Assembly: GCA_963788655.1 (NCBI GenBank)
Contig: CAWBHS010000060.1
Location: forward strand, 128,001-192,000
Reading direction: 5' to 3'
Length of the DNA stretch: 64,000 nucleotides
Source of the DNA: an uncultured Verrucomicrobiae bacterium
GTDB lineage: Bacteria > Verrucomicrobiota > Verrucomicrobiia > Limisphaerales > JAFGQR01
Made by a program: the position numbers and the translations under genes
The notes under the pieces: model-generated
Seen by the model: the letters and a program-made list of their open reading frames with translations, nothing else
What the model was told of the DNA's origin: nothing
Database searches by the model: none
In this document: piece by piece, positions 29,583-39,615 of the stretch
Layout: each line of letters starts with the position of its first letter
Numbering within the stretch: the stretch's first letter is position 1

Positions 29583-29665
29583 GTCTTGGAGTGCGGCAGT
29601 CCTCTGCCGCTTTCGATTGGCGGCAGTGCCTTCGAAAGCGGCAGAGGACTGCCGCACTCCAAGAC
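29583..29665. repeat. Perfect 34-bp inverted repeat (TTGGAGTGCGGC REP-like family)
   Basis: gtcttggagtgcggcagtcctctgccgctttcga and its exact reverse complement at 29632-29665; related half-copy at about 39526-39565. Confidence 0.85.
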
Positions 29666-29690
29666 GCTGTCGCGCCGGCGCCACCACTAC

Positions 29691-29799
29691 GTAGGACAGC
29701 CGTCCCGGCGGTCCCGAATGGCCACAGCGGCTAAGGGAGAACGCCGCGGCACGGTGAACGTGACTGGCGAAACCGGGACAGGTGAGACGCCTGTCCTAC
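29691..29799. repeat. REP doublet (GTAGGACAG...CTGTCCTAC family), copy 1
   Basis: gtaggacagccgtcccggcggtcc ... gggacaggtgagacgcctgtcctac; siblings at 42009-42125 and 45339-45472. Confidence 0.8.
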
Positions 29800-29915
29800 G
29801 ATCCACCGAACATCGAACGTAAACTGCATCACCGCTCGGCATCTCATTGATTCAGCCACCGTCGCCCACTCGGACAAGCCACTTCAACACTTCAGCCTTT
29901 CGACTGATCCACCCT

Positions 29916-30962
29916 TCACTGCTTGTATTTCACCAATTCCGCCTGCACGTCGGCGAGAAACGCGGCGCCCGGCAGCTTCTTTTCAGCGGTGGCTTTCACG
30001 TAGTCGTCCAGGATCGGCTTGACCGCAGCGGTCCAGCGTTGTTCCTCGGCTTCCGGCAACGTGACGAATTGACGTTTGCGTTTTTTGACAAACTCGCGGC
30101 CTTCCTTGTCGGCCTGGTCCCAGGCTTCGCCCTGTTTCGCGATCCATTCCTCGCTGACCGCGGTGAAGATGGCCTGGATGTCGGGAGGCAATTGGTTCCA
30201 TTTGTCCTTGTTCATCACCACGAACATCGACGTGGTGTAACCAATGGCCGACGAGTCCACGACGTAATCAACCACTTCACCCTGTTTCCATCCTTTCAAG
30301 GTTTCGATGGGACAAAGCGTGGCTTCCACTACACCCTTTTGCAGTGCTTCATACGTTTCGGGTTGGGTCATGCCCAACGCAGTGCCGCCCAGCGCCCGGA
30401 CGATTTTTTCCGAGAGACCCGTGGCGCGCACCTTTAGTCCCTTGAGATCGTCCAGCGACTTGACCGCTTTCTTCGAAGCCAAAATGCCCGGGCCGTGCGC
30501 GTGCAGGTAGAGCACATGGGTGTCGGCCAGCTCGGCCGGTTTATATTTTTGCACCATCGCGTTGGCAATGCGCGTGGCGGCCAGGCCGCTCGGGTACCCC
30601 AGCGGCAGATCCAGTCCTTCCAGCAATGGAAAACGTCCCCGGGTGTACGCGAAACAGCTCATCCCGATATCGGAGATGCCCTTGACCACCCCATCATAAC
30701 ATTGCGCGGCCGGGGTCAAGGCACCGGCGGCATACACGTTGATTTTGACCCGTCCTTGGGTGCGTTTATTGATTTCCTTGGCCCAAGCCACGGCGGTCTT
30801 GCACTGAATGTGGGACGGCGGAAAAAAGATGCTGTAGGAGAGCGAGATTGTTCCGTTGGACGAGGAGTTGCCGGTTTCCTGTTTGCACGCCGTCAATCCT
30901 CCGATCAGGAGGCCAATGCCGATTGTTAAGCCGATTAGGCCACACCAATGTTTTTGCTTCAT
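29916..30962 (-). CDS. dctP: TRAP transporter substrate-binding lipoprotein
   Basis: LTAC lipobox, [41 protein letters not shown]. Confidence 0.92.
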   Translation of the reverse strand: MKQKHWCGLIGLTIGIGLLIGGLTACKQETGNSSSNGTISLSYSIFFPPSHIQCKTAVAWAKEINKRTQGRVKINVYAAGALTPAAQCYDGVVKGISDIGMSCFAYTRGRFPLLEGLDLPLGYPSGLAATRIANAMVQKYKPAELADTHVLYLHAHGPGILASKKAVKSLDDLKGLKVRATGLSEKIVRALGGTALGMTQPETYEALQKGVVEATLCPIETLKGWKQGEVVDYVVDSSAIGYTTSMFVVMNKDKWNQLPPDIQAIFTAVSEEWIAKQGEAWDQADKEGREFVKKRKRQFVTLPEAEEQRWTAAVKPILDDYVKATAEKKLPGAAFLADVQAELVKYKQ

Positions 30963-31099
30963 AAAGAATGATTTCCGCATCAAATAACTACTTTCTGCCA
31001 ATACACTCTGCCCGCCCGAATAAGCAGGTGGGACGGAGCCCTAATTTGTAATCCGATCCACTCGTGGGGTGCAACTGCTTAGCGTCAAAAATGCGAACC

Positions 31100-32533
31100 T
31101 CACGGCTTTGGGCTCCACTCGTAAACGACCTTGCCGTTCACGTCGTGGAACCGAAAGGTAATCGTGCTTCGCTGGCCCAGTGGGCTGACCGTGACGGACA
31201 GAAAGCCCCCCTTCACGCGGTGGAACCGGTGGTATTGCGCATCGAATCCCGGAGAACCGCCGGCGTGCTGGTCGCTGGCCGGACCACAGGAAAATTCCTG
31301 CACGCCGGTGCCTGGATGAACCGAATGGTATTGCCAATGCCGATCGCCGCATGCGATGAAGAAATGGCTCGGCAGCTTGTCATGGAACCATTGGCGGATT
31401 TCGTTGCCTTCGTGCGCGAAGCCGGCGTTGGCGTGGTTGTCATTCTTCCGGGACCGGTCTGGTCCCACAATCGGCGTGGGACTGACCAGCACTTTCCAAG
31501 TGGCGTCGCTGGCCAACAGGCTCTGTTTGAGCCAAGCTTTTTGCGCCGCGCCCCAAATCGTTTTGTCCGGCCCGTCCTTGCGCGTATTGGGCGAACGAAA
31601 ATCCCGGCCTTCGGTCAACCAGACCTGGAGCAACTGGCCCCAACGGAACGTGCGATAGGGTTTATCGCCGACGGGCGTTTGTTCGGCAAAGATGCGTTGA
31701 CCGTCCGCGAAGGTGAACTCACCCATGATCTTCGATTTAAGCGCCGGCCAGCAATCATCCTGCAACACGTCGTGGTCATCCTTTTCCCAGTAAGTTCCGA
31801 CGTGACTCAACAATTCCACGTGGCGCGGCAGACTGAATATGCGTTCCCAATGATAGCGAGCCAGGGCCACTGATCGGGCGCGCGGTTCCTCGTTGTCGTA
31901 ATAGACGTTGTCGCCGGTGAACACGATGAACTGCGGCTGGAGCCGGCCCATGGCGGAATAAATGTTGTAGCCGGCCGGATCATCCACATCCACATACATC
32001 TGACCGGTAACCACGCAGAACGTCACTGTGGCCGGCGTCTTTGAATCGGGCGCCGTCGCAAACTGGCCGTGCAAATCGCCGTGGCGCGGTTGGCCGTTCG
32101 GCCCGGTGGTCTGGGCCGCATAATAATAAACCGTGGCCGGTTGAAGCCCTGTCAAATGGAAATGGTGCGTGAAGTCCGTCGCGGCGGAAACCTTGATCCA
32201 ATCCGTACTTGGAGCGCCGGCCAGGTCCGCACGAGTGCCGTAAATCAGTCGCACTTCTCCGGGCGCACCGGGACAAGCCCCCTCCAGTTGGGTGGTGTCG
32301 GCCGGGATGCTCATCAAGGTCTTGCCGGTGCGCTTCTTCACCACCTGACCCGAGCGGTTGCGCGTCGGCGAAGCGGTCAGGCGCATCCAGACAATGGCCG
32401 AGTCCGGAGTGATCTCCCCGACTTTGACGCCGGTGGCCTGATGTGGCGGCAGGTCGGATGGCGCCGCATTCAGGAAACAGCTCGTGAGAGTCAGCACCAG
32501 AAAACTCAGCAGGTATCGAGCAATTAGCTTCAT
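31100..32533 (-). CDS. Alkaline phosphatase D (PhoD) family metallophosphatase
   Basis: FTGDNVYYD, KDDHD, GRDFR, WKVLVSPTP, CGDRH; signal peptide. Confidence 0.88.
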   Translation of the reverse strand: MKLIARYLLSFLVLTLTSCFLNAAPSDLPPHQATGVKVGEITPDSAIVWMRLTASPTRNRSGQVVKKRTGKTLMSIPADTTQLEGACPGAPGEVRLIYGTRADLAGAPSTDWIKVSAATDFTHHFHLTGLQPATVYYYAAQTTGPNGQPRHGDLHGQFATAPDSKTPATVTFCVVTGQMYVDVDDPAGYNIYSAMGRLQPQFIVFTGDNVYYDNEEPRARSVALARYHWERIFSLPRHVELLSHVGTYWEKDDHDVLQDDCWPALKSKIMGEFTFADGQRIFAEQTPVGDKPYRTFRWGQLLQVWLTEGRDFRSPNTRKDGPDKTIWGAAQKAWLKQSLLASDATWKVLVSPTPIVGPDRSRKNDNHANAGFAHEGNEIRQWFHDKLPSHFFIACGDRHWQYHSVHPGTGVQEFSCGPASDQHAGGSPGFDAQYHRFHRVKGGFLSVTVSPLGQRSTITFRFHDVNGKVVYEWSPKP

Positions 32534-32627
32534 AGGTTACAAGAGGAAACATAGGGATTTAGCCTGAGCAATGCACTGGATATTTTAGAAACTTGATTCA
32601 CAAGGGCTATGTTCAAAGGTCTGCGCA

Positions 32628-33014
32628 ACGTGCTGCCGGCGTCCCGCCGGCAGAACCGAACGCGCCTGGTGCGCTCAAACTTCCCTCACCCTTCGCCTGT
32701 CATCGCTCCGTTCGCTCTGCCGGCAGGATGCCAGCAGTACGTTGGCAAGATCAGCTCCCGTAGCGTGCTGCCGGCGTCTCGCCGGCAGAACCGAACACGC
32801 CTGGTGCGCTCAAACTTCCCTCACCCTTCGCCTGTCATCGCTCCGTTCGCTCTGCCGGCAGGATGCCAGCAGCACGTTGGCAAGATCATATTCCGTAGCG
32901 TGCTGCCGGCGTCTCGCCGGCAGAATCGAACGCGCCTGGTGCGCTCGAACTTCCCTTCACCCTTCGCCCGTTACTTCTCCGTTCGCTCTGCCGGCAGGAT
33001 GCCGGCAGCACGTT
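32628..33014. repeat. Three tandem 135-bp units, each a REP-like inverted pair (BIME-like)
   Basis: cgtgctgccggcgtc at 32629, 32764 and 32899; each unit closes with ctgccggcaggatgcc(a/g)gcag(t/c)acg. Confidence 0.9.
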
Positions 33015-34632
33015 CCAATGGCTTGGCTTGCTCGGGTTTGAAAATCAGCACGCGACGGGCGAAGGGAATTTCGATTCCTTCGCGGTCGAAGGCTTCTTTG
33101 ATGCGTTTGCGCAAATCGCGGGCCACGTCCAAATGATGCCCCGGTTGCACCTGCGTCACGGTGCGGATCGTCAGGTCGGACTCACCAAAGTTATCCAGGC
33201 CATTGACCTTCGTGGGTTCAAGCACATTGGTGTTTGTCTCTTTCAATTCCTGGCCCGTCTGGCGAAGTACGCGATACACTTTGTCGAGATCGGAGTCATA
33301 CGCCACGCCCACGTCCACCACCGCGCGGGTATAACCTTTGGAGAAATTGACGACTTCCCCAATCTGGCCGTTGCGCAGGATATGTTGCTGGCCGCCGGGA
33401 TCCCGAATACGCGTGGTGCGGATTTCGATGGCTTCCACGACACCGCGCGCGTGGCCAGTCTCGATAAAGTCGCCCACCATGAAATGGTTCTCGAAAATGA
33501 TAAAGAACCCGGTGACCACATCATTGACGACACTTTGCGCGCCCAATCCCACCACCAGGCCCACCACGCCGGCGCCCGCCAGGATGGGCGCGAGATTCAC
33601 CTTGAGCACACTCAGCATCATCACGAAGGCGGCGAAATAAATCAGGTAACCGAGGATGCTTTTAATGAGCGGGACGAGGGTGCGGCGCCGCTGTTGTTCC
33701 GCCTGCGTCAGGTGATCCACCTTGATCACCGAACTGTCCACGATCAAGTTCGCGAGTTCGACCACCACGCGGCTGGAGAAGAAAATGCCGATGATTTTTA
33801 CCGCCTGCGGCCCATGGACGGCAAAATGCGAGATGAACTTCAGTTGCATCACCACCAGCGTGGCGACATACACATAGACCACCCATTCCAGGCAACGGCG
33901 GGCCAGCGGCACAAGCCCGCGCAATTGGTCGTAGAACCGCAGGAAATTATCCGGGCTGGAGTATTTCACGCTCAGCGCGTCGAGGCTGGCCACAATCGCC
34001 GACACCGCATTGCTCACCAGCAATCCGAGGGTAACGATCAGAAAAATCTTCAGCACCAGCAGAACACCCTCGGCAACGACCGGCAACAACGGGAGCAACC
34101 GGGTGGCAAAATACAACGCCAGCAACCAAAGACTGACGGTCTGAATTCGGATCAGCGCGCCAAAAAAGGCTTCGATGCTTTGGTCGTTGGCCTTGATTTG
34201 TTCCCAGGCCTTGGCGCGCTCCTGAAGATACCAAAGCAGCCGGCGCAACCACCGGATGACCAGCATTGCGGCTATAGCCAACCCGATGAGCTCGGCGGCT
34301 TCCGTCCCCAAATTCAACCAGAACGCTAACGTCAACTCCGCCAGCCATTCCTGCGCTTGATCGCGCACGCTCTTGCCCTGCCATATCAGATAGCCATTGA
34401 ACCCAATGGCGGCGAGGCACAGTCCGGCGCAAAGCAACGCCAGAAACACTTTGAAGTTGCGTCGCAAGCCCTCGACGCGCGTCTTTTGGTTCTGCAACCA
34501 GCGCAGCTCAACGACTCGCCGAAAGACCCGTTGGATGAGGAAATTCAGAACCAGAAACATCACCACCAGGACGACGATCTCGCCCACGGTGATTCCGATG
34601 TCCCACGCCAGATTTTGGGTATTCACGTTCAA
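32971..34632 (-). CDS. MscS-family mechanosensitive channel with extended N-terminal membrane region
   Basis: [61 protein letters not shown] start overlapping the gmd stop is assumed. Confidence 0.88.
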   Translation of the reverse strand: MNVNTQNLAWDIGITVGEIVVLVVMFLVLNFLIQRVFRRVVELRWLQNQKTRVEGLRRNFKVFLALLCAGLCLAAIGFNGYLIWQGKSVRDQAQEWLAELTLAFWLNLGTEAAELIGLAIAAMLVIRWLRRLLWYLQERAKAWEQIKANDQSIEAFFGALIRIQTVSLWLLALYFATRLLPLLPVVAEGVLLVLKIFLIVTLGLLVSNAVSAIVASLDALSVKYSSPDNFLRFYDQLRGLVPLARRCLEWVVYVYVATLVVMQLKFISHFAVHGPQAVKIIGIFFSSRVVVELANLIVDSSVIKVDHLTQAEQQRRRTLVPLIKSILGYLIYFAAFVMMLSVLKVNLAPILAGAGVVGLVVGLGAQSVVNDVVTGFFIIFENHFMVGDFIETGHARGVVEAIEIRTTRIRDPGGQQHILRNGQIGEVVNFSKGYTRAVVDVGVAYDSDLDKVYRVLRQTGQELKETNTNVLEPTKVNGLDNFGESDLTIRTVTQVQPGHHLDVARDLRKRIKEAFDREGIEIPFARRVLIFKPEQAKPLERAAGILPAERTEK

Positions 34633-35642
34633 CTGGTCACCCGAATCCGCCCCTGCTGATGGGCCTTGAGCAACTCGATGTCCGCGTCCACCATCAGCTT
34701 CACCAGATCCTTGAATTTCACCTTCGGCTCCCACCCCAGTTGACGCCGGGCTTTGCTGGCGTCGCCGATCAGCATATCCACTTCGGCGGGCCGCAGGTAG
34801 CGGGGATCTTTGACCACATACTTCTGCCAATCGAGCCCGGCGCAGTGAAAGGCTTCCTCGAGAAATTCGCGCACCGAGTGCGTCTCGCCGGTGGCCACCA
34901 CGTAATCATCCGGTTGCTCCTGCTGCAGCATCAGCCACATCGCCTCGACGTATTCCTGGGCGTAACCCCAATCGCGTTTGGCGTCCAAGTTGCCCAGAAA
35001 CAACCTGTCCTGCAGGCCCGCTTTGATGTGCGCAATCGCCCGCGTGATTTTGCGGGTGACAAATGTCTCGCCGCGCCGGGGCGATTCGTGGTTGAAGAGA
35101 ATTCCGTTGGTGGCGTGCAAGCCGTAAGACTCACGATAGTTTACCGTCAGCCAATACGAATACACCTTGGCGCACGCGTAGGGATTGCGCGGATAGAAGG
35201 GGGTCTTTTCCGTCTGCGGAATTTCCTGCACCTTGCCATACATTTCGCTCGAGGACGCCTGATAGAACCGTGGTTGCAGGCCCACCTCACGAATGGCTTC
35301 CAGCAGCCGCGCAGTGCCGGTGGCGTTAACGTCGGTGGTAAACTCCGGGTTGTCAAAGCTTACCCGCACGTGGCTTTGGGCACCCAGGTTATAGATCTCG
35401 TCGGGCTGGAGCTTGCCCAGCAACCGCACCAGCGAACCAGAATCAAGCAGATCGCCGTAGTGCAAATGCAGGTTGGTCCGATCGGGTTCGGGATCCGACG
35501 TAACGCCTTCGAGGCGCCCCCGGTTGAAAGTGCTGGTCCGCCGCACGAGGCCGTGGACCTGGTAGCCCTTGGCCAGCAACAGCTCCGCCAAATACGATCC
35601 GTCCTGCCCCGTGATGCCCGTGATAAACGCCGTGTTCGCCAT
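34629..35642 (-). CDS. gmd: GDP-mannose 4,6-dehydratase
   Basis: [53 protein letters not shown]. Confidence 0.97.
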   Translation of the reverse strand: MANTAFITGITGQDGSYLAELLLAKGYQVHGLVRRTSTFNRGRLEGVTSDPEPDRTNLHLHYGDLLDSGSLVRLLGKLQPDEIYNLGAQSHVRVSFDNPEFTTDVNATGTARLLEAIREVGLQPRFYQASSSEMYGKVQEIPQTEKTPFYPRNPYACAKVYSYWLTVNYRESYGLHATNGILFNHESPRRGETFVTRKITRAIAHIKAGLQDRLFLGNLDAKRDWGYAQEYVEAMWLMLQQEQPDDYVVATGETHSVREFLEEAFHCAGLDWQKYVVKDPRYLRPAEVDMLIGDASKARRQLGWEPKVKFKDLVKLMVDADIELLKAHQQGRIRVTS

Positions 35643-35851
35643 AGTTCGGCGTGAGGTTCCACGACCGCAAAATCAATGGCAAGCAAACAAACCGGGGGGA
35701 AAACCGAAACCCGAATTGGGGCGGTCAAGGAGTTGTTCGGCAACGGTCCAAAATGAGATCTGCTTTCGACCTTCGGATTTCGGTCTTCGGATTTGAACGC
35801 AGCATTGGGGATCGATGCTTACACGGCGAAGCCCTCCCGGAGACCTCTACC

Positions 35852-36646
35852 CTACCCTTGGGTGCGAACAACCTCCCCCCGCTTCACCCAACCCACACGA
35901 TGTCCCGGCGCTTCCACCCGCAGCCAGGTTTGCTTTTGCCCCTGATCGGAAATTTCCTGTTGGTCCTGCACGGTCACTTCGATGCCGTCGCGCAACTTGA
36001 AGGCGACGGGCGATCGTTCGAGCGGCCCCTGCCGCACAATCGCCTCAGGCTGGATAATGACCGCCGTGGGAATGGACGACTGGTTGTAGGCCGCGACCAG
36101 ACAAAGCGCGAGAAACCCTGTTCCCGAGGCGGCCAATACAACATACATCCGCAACGATTGACGCAGAGTTGGGCGCAGTTCCCGGAGCATCATCAACAGG
36201 AACCAACCCCAAAAGACCGCGGCACAGAGCAGCGTCCATTCATTGAGGGTTAGCGATGCCAGCATGCGTTTCCAGGGACTGCCCACCAGCGCGTCGCTGC
36301 CAGTGACTTTTTCCCGCACGAACTTGAGATTGAACCGCACGTTGGGATCGCGCGGATTCAATTGCAGCGCCCGCAAATAGGCGGCAATGGCCCGTCCGTC
36401 CTGACCGGCTTTGAAGCACGCGTTGCCCAGGTTGTAGTACAGCGTCGCAGTCGGTGATTGAGTCTCGATGAGTTTCTGGTAGGCCGCCGCCGATTGCGCA
36501 AACTTGCCTTCAAAATACAACTTGTTGGCCGCATCGAATGCTTCCGTTGGCGTGGCGGCCGCCGCTGTAATCACCGCGAAAATGAACGCAATCAGGAAAA
36601 CGATTCGGGCCATGCTTAGTCTGCTTTCAACCATGTCCTCCCTCAT
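35852..36646 (-). CDS. BatE-like TPR + SH3 membrane protein
   Basis: FDAANKLYFEGKF, YYNLGNACFK, YLRALQLNPRD, TM pair, C-terminal WLRV...GWV; start uncertain (36646/36634/36613). Confidence 0.8.
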   Translation of the reverse strand: MREDMVESRLSMARIVFLIAFIFAVITAAAATPTEAFDAANKLYFEGKFAQSAAAYQKLIETQSPTATLYYNLGNACFKAGQDGRAIAAYLRALQLNPRDPNVRFNLKFVREKVTGSDALVGSPWKRMLASLTLNEWTLLCAAVFWGWFLLMMLRELRPTLRQSLRMYVVLAASGTGFLALCLVAAYNQSSIPTAVIIQPEAIVRQGPLERSPVAFKLRDGIEVTVQDQQEISDQGQKQTWLRVEAPGHRVGWVKRGEVVRTQG

Positions 36647-38457
36647 GCCTTCCAAGCCTGCAATGAGCGCAGGGTCGTTTCGAGCTGCGGAATGTGCGCC
36701 TCCAACTCCTGACTGCTTTGGGTCGGCGCGTAGCGAACCAGATTGCAGCTTTGAAACAGTTCGTGCAGGGTGGTCAGGGTTTCTTCCGGAAGACCGCGCT
36801 CGCGCAGGTGGTCGTCGATCACTGCTTCCGTTATCGCCGAGGCCGGCAGGTCCAGGCGCTCGCCAAGTTGTTCCTGAAGCAACCGAAACAGGGTCGCGAA
36901 GAACTCCTCGCTTTGGCCAGCCGCCGCCTGGGCGCGCAATACTTTGAGCCCTTCCCGAATGCGCACCGCCACTTGCCGCTGGCGCCGCAGTCGGGGATTG
37001 TTCGCCAGGGCCTCGTTGCGCTTGCGCCAAAACAAAACAGACAACCAAGCCAGGACCGGCAGGCTTTGCACGCCGAGGAACCAGCTTTGTTGGGCCAGCA
37101 ACGGTGTCGGCATCCCCGAATGATCGAAGTGCGTGTCCACGGGAAGGATGTCGTCGGCCGGCGGCGGGGTATTGGGTTGGGAATTGGTGGCCAGCATCGG
37201 CGGAGGCGCCGCTGGAGTGGCACCGGCGTTCACGGTGATCGGGATGGCCGGACCGGACAACGTGCGATAGTGGCGGGCTTGCGGATCGAAGAAAGAAAAC
37301 TGCAAGGGCGGAATGCTTTTGATTTCGTGGTTCTGCGGGATGAGCACTTGCGTAAACGTCTTCGCGCCGGACAGCCCCAATTCATCACTGGTTTGTGTTT
37401 CGCTGGTCGGTGGGTAGATCTTGAACTCCTTCCAGGCCGGTTGCGAGGGCAGGCTGAGCGATTCAATCGGCCCGGAACCGCTGATTTGCGCATGCACTGT
37501 TATGGGGTCCCCCACGCCAACTTCTTTGGGACTAGCGGTCACGGACAAACGAAACGTGCCCACGGCACCATTGAACGTGGCCGGCACCTTCGCGCTCGGC
37601 AATGGGAGCACGTCGAGGGGAATGGTTTCACTCTGCAGCGTGGTGCGTTGCCGCCGCACGTTGGGATTGCCAAAAAAACCACCAAACGCATCAAAAGGAC
37701 TCGGGGACCGGCGGCCGCCCATCGCGATGAGCAGCGTCAGATCACAAGTTGCCGGTCCGAACTTAATTTTACCCGCCTTCGCCGGAGTAGCAGCAAGCTT
37801 GAAGACCACCACATTATAAACTTGGCCGCCCACTTGGGCGCGAGTTTGGCGGCCTTGCGTCATCGGGCTGAACGAGAATCCTTCGGCTTCGAGTTGGGGG
37901 CGATTGACATCCGTCACGTTGCGCACGTAAAGCTGCATTTCCACCGGGAACGACTGGCCTACATACACCTGTCGTTGGGGAACGATCAGCCGCAGAAACG
38001 CCTGGTTGGTTACCGAGTTTTGCGCGTTGCCTTGCACGACCTGGAGTGGCAGGGCCTGGCTGGTGAGAACTTGATTGCCGACCCGGATTTGCAGCGGTGG
38101 AATGACCAGATTGCCGACTTGGGTGGGCTCCAACACATAGTTAAAAATCGTCTTATCGCTTCGTTGGCCGTTGATGTCCTCAATTTGCCTTATTGGACCC
38201 CCTCCCGGATGCACGCGCATCCCAGGCAATGCGGGCAGGTTGGGGCTGCCTGCCGGAGCGCCCCCTTCGAAGATCAGGGACAGGGTGACGCTCTCGCCCA
38301 GTGGCACCATGTTGCGGTCCAATTGCGCGGTCAGTGTGGCCGCCTGAACCGGCGCGCTGGCCAGGACCACCCCGAGCAAACCCACCAACGAGCCAAACCA
38401 AGCAGCCGGCCGCCCGAGAAGCGGTCCGCGCTCTACAATTTGTCTGTTTCTCTGCAT
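36643..38457 (-). CDS. BatD family protein
   Basis: AQLDRN.VPLGE, INGQ, VYVGQ, FNGAVGTF, VGDPIT, FSFFDP; signal peptide and C-terminal TM; start taken at MQRNRQ. Confidence 0.85.
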   Translation of the reverse strand: MQRNRQIVERGPLLGRPAAWFGSLVGLLGVVLASAPVQAATLTAQLDRNMVPLGESVTLSLIFEGGAPAGSPNLPALPGMRVHPGGGPIRQIEDINGQRSDKTIFNYVLEPTQVGNLVIPPLQIRVGNQVLTSQALPLQVVQGNAQNSVTNQAFLRLIVPQRQVYVGQSFPVEMQLYVRNVTDVNRPQLEAEGFSFSPMTQGRQTRAQVGGQVYNVVVFKLAATPAKAGKIKFGPATCDLTLLIAMGGRRSPSPFDAFGGFFGNPNVRRQRTTLQSETIPLDVLPLPSAKVPATFNGAVGTFRLSVTASPKEVGVGDPITVHAQISGSGPIESLSLPSQPAWKEFKIYPPTSETQTSDELGLSGAKTFTQVLIPQNHEIKSIPPLQFSFFDPQARHYRTLSGPAIPITVNAGATPAAPPPMLATNSQPNTPPPADDILPVDTHFDHSGMPTPLLAQQSWFLGVQSLPVLAWLSVLFWRKRNEALANNPRLRRQRQVAVRIREGLKVLRAQAAAGQSEEFFATLFRLLQEQLGERLDLPASAITEAVIDDHLRERGLPEETLTTLHELFQSCNLVRYAPTQSSQELEAHIPQLETTLRSLQAWKA

Positions 38458-38490
38458 ATCGCCGATTTGAACACCGATTGCCTGAATTCG

Positions 38491-38517
38491 ATTATAAAGA
38501 TCATAGCCGGTAGTCAA
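38491..38517 (-). promoter_or_regulatory. Putative promoter for batD (TTGACT-15-TATAAT)
   Basis: Minus strand TTGACTaccggctatgatcttTATAAT; spacer is shorter than ideal. Confidence 0.4.
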
Positions 38518-38574
38518 AGGTTTTGCATGGCCGAATTCCAGCAAGGCCGCTAAACTTACGACTCCATCACCAAT

Positions 38575-39480
38575 ATGCAAAGCGGCACAGTATTTAATAT
38601 CCAGAAGTTCTCGGTGCAGGATGGCCCCGGCATCCGCACCACGGTTTTTCTCAAAGGTTGCCCTTTGTGCTGCGCCTGGTGTCATAATCCCGAAGGACGC
38701 GCGGCCGAACGCGAAATGATTTTCGTAGAGGACCGTTGCCTGGTCTGCGGTCAATGCCGCGAGGCTTGCCCGCATGCAGACTCCATCGCCGGCAACGGTG
38801 CCCTGCCCTTGCGACCCGAGCAATGCGATTTGTGCGGTGCTTGCGTGGAGGCCTGCCCGACCGGTGCCCGCCAAGCCGTGGGCCGGGAAATGACGGTCAA
38901 CGAAGTGATGCGCGAGGTGATGCAAGACCGGATGTTCTACGAAGATTCCGCGGGCGGTGTGTCGTTTTCCGGAGGCGAACCGCTGATGCAACCCCAGTTT
39001 TTGCGGGCCCTTTTGGAGGCCTGCCAGGCGAACGGACTGCACACGGCAGTGGACACCTGCGGTTTCGCTCCGCAACAGCATTTGCTGGCCATGGTCCCAC
39101 TGACCGACTTGTTTTTGTTCGACCTGAAACTGATGGACGATACCAAACACCGCCAATATACCGGCGTTTCCAATGCGCCTATTTTGGAAAACCTCCAAGC
39201 GCTGGACCGGATGCATGATGGGGTCTGGATTCGCGTACCGGTCATCCCCGGCGTCAATGACAATCCGGCCGAGTTGGAAGCCATCGCGCGGTTTGCTGCT
39301 TCGATCCATGCGGTGCGCCAAGTCAACCTCCTGCCCTATCACAAATCGGGACTTCAAAAATTCCGTCGCCTGGGCCAAGTTCCCTCGTTGGAAGACGCAC
39401 AGACACCTTCCGCTGAACAAATGGAAGCGGCGGTGAAAGTCTTCCGAGCGTTTGGTCTGGCGGCCAGCGCGGGCGGTTGA
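38575..39480 (+). CDS. Glycyl-radical enzyme activating enzyme (radical SAM with ferredoxin insert)
   Basis: QDGPGIRTTVFLKGCPLCCAWCHNPE; CLVCGQC and CDLCGACVEACP; SGGEP. Confidence 0.95.
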   Translation: MQSGTVFNIQKFSVQDGPGIRTTVFLKGCPLCCAWCHNPEGRAAEREMIFVEDRCLVCGQCREACPHADSIAGNGALPLRPEQCDLCGACVEACPTGARQAVGREMTVNEVMREVMQDRMFYEDSAGGVSFSGGEPLMQPQFLRALLEACQANGLHTAVDTCGFAPQQHLLAMVPLTDLFLFDLKLMDDTKHRQYTGVSNAPILENLQALDRMHDGVWIRVPVIPGVNDNPAELEAIARFAASIHAVRQVNLLPYHKSGLQKFRRLGQVPSLEDAQTPSAEQMEAAVKVFRAFGLAASAGG

Positions 39481-39615
39481 GAAGAAATCGCTAAAGGCAA
39501 ACTCATGGCAGACATATTTAATACTAAAGCGGGAGCAAGCTCCACGCACTCCAAACGCTTCGCGAGATTCGAAGACCGTTCCAGATTCGTTTTCACACAA
39601 AATCGTTGATCTTTT

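Noticed and set aside
32609..33136. CRISPR array, or a real 45-aa repeat protein on the plus strand
   Set aside because: Units are repeated in full with no unique spacers and there are no cas genes; the ORF is translated palindromic repeat DNA antisense to mscS.
35762..35795. Short TTCGG(A/T) iterations as a regulatory array
   Set aside because: Too short and degenerate; looks like a low-complexity intergenic repeat.
33028..38553. Long plus-strand ORFs (33028..34329, 34659..35654, 36694..38553) as overlapping genes
   Set aside because: Typical high-GC antisense shadows of mscS, gmd and batD with no recognisable motifs.
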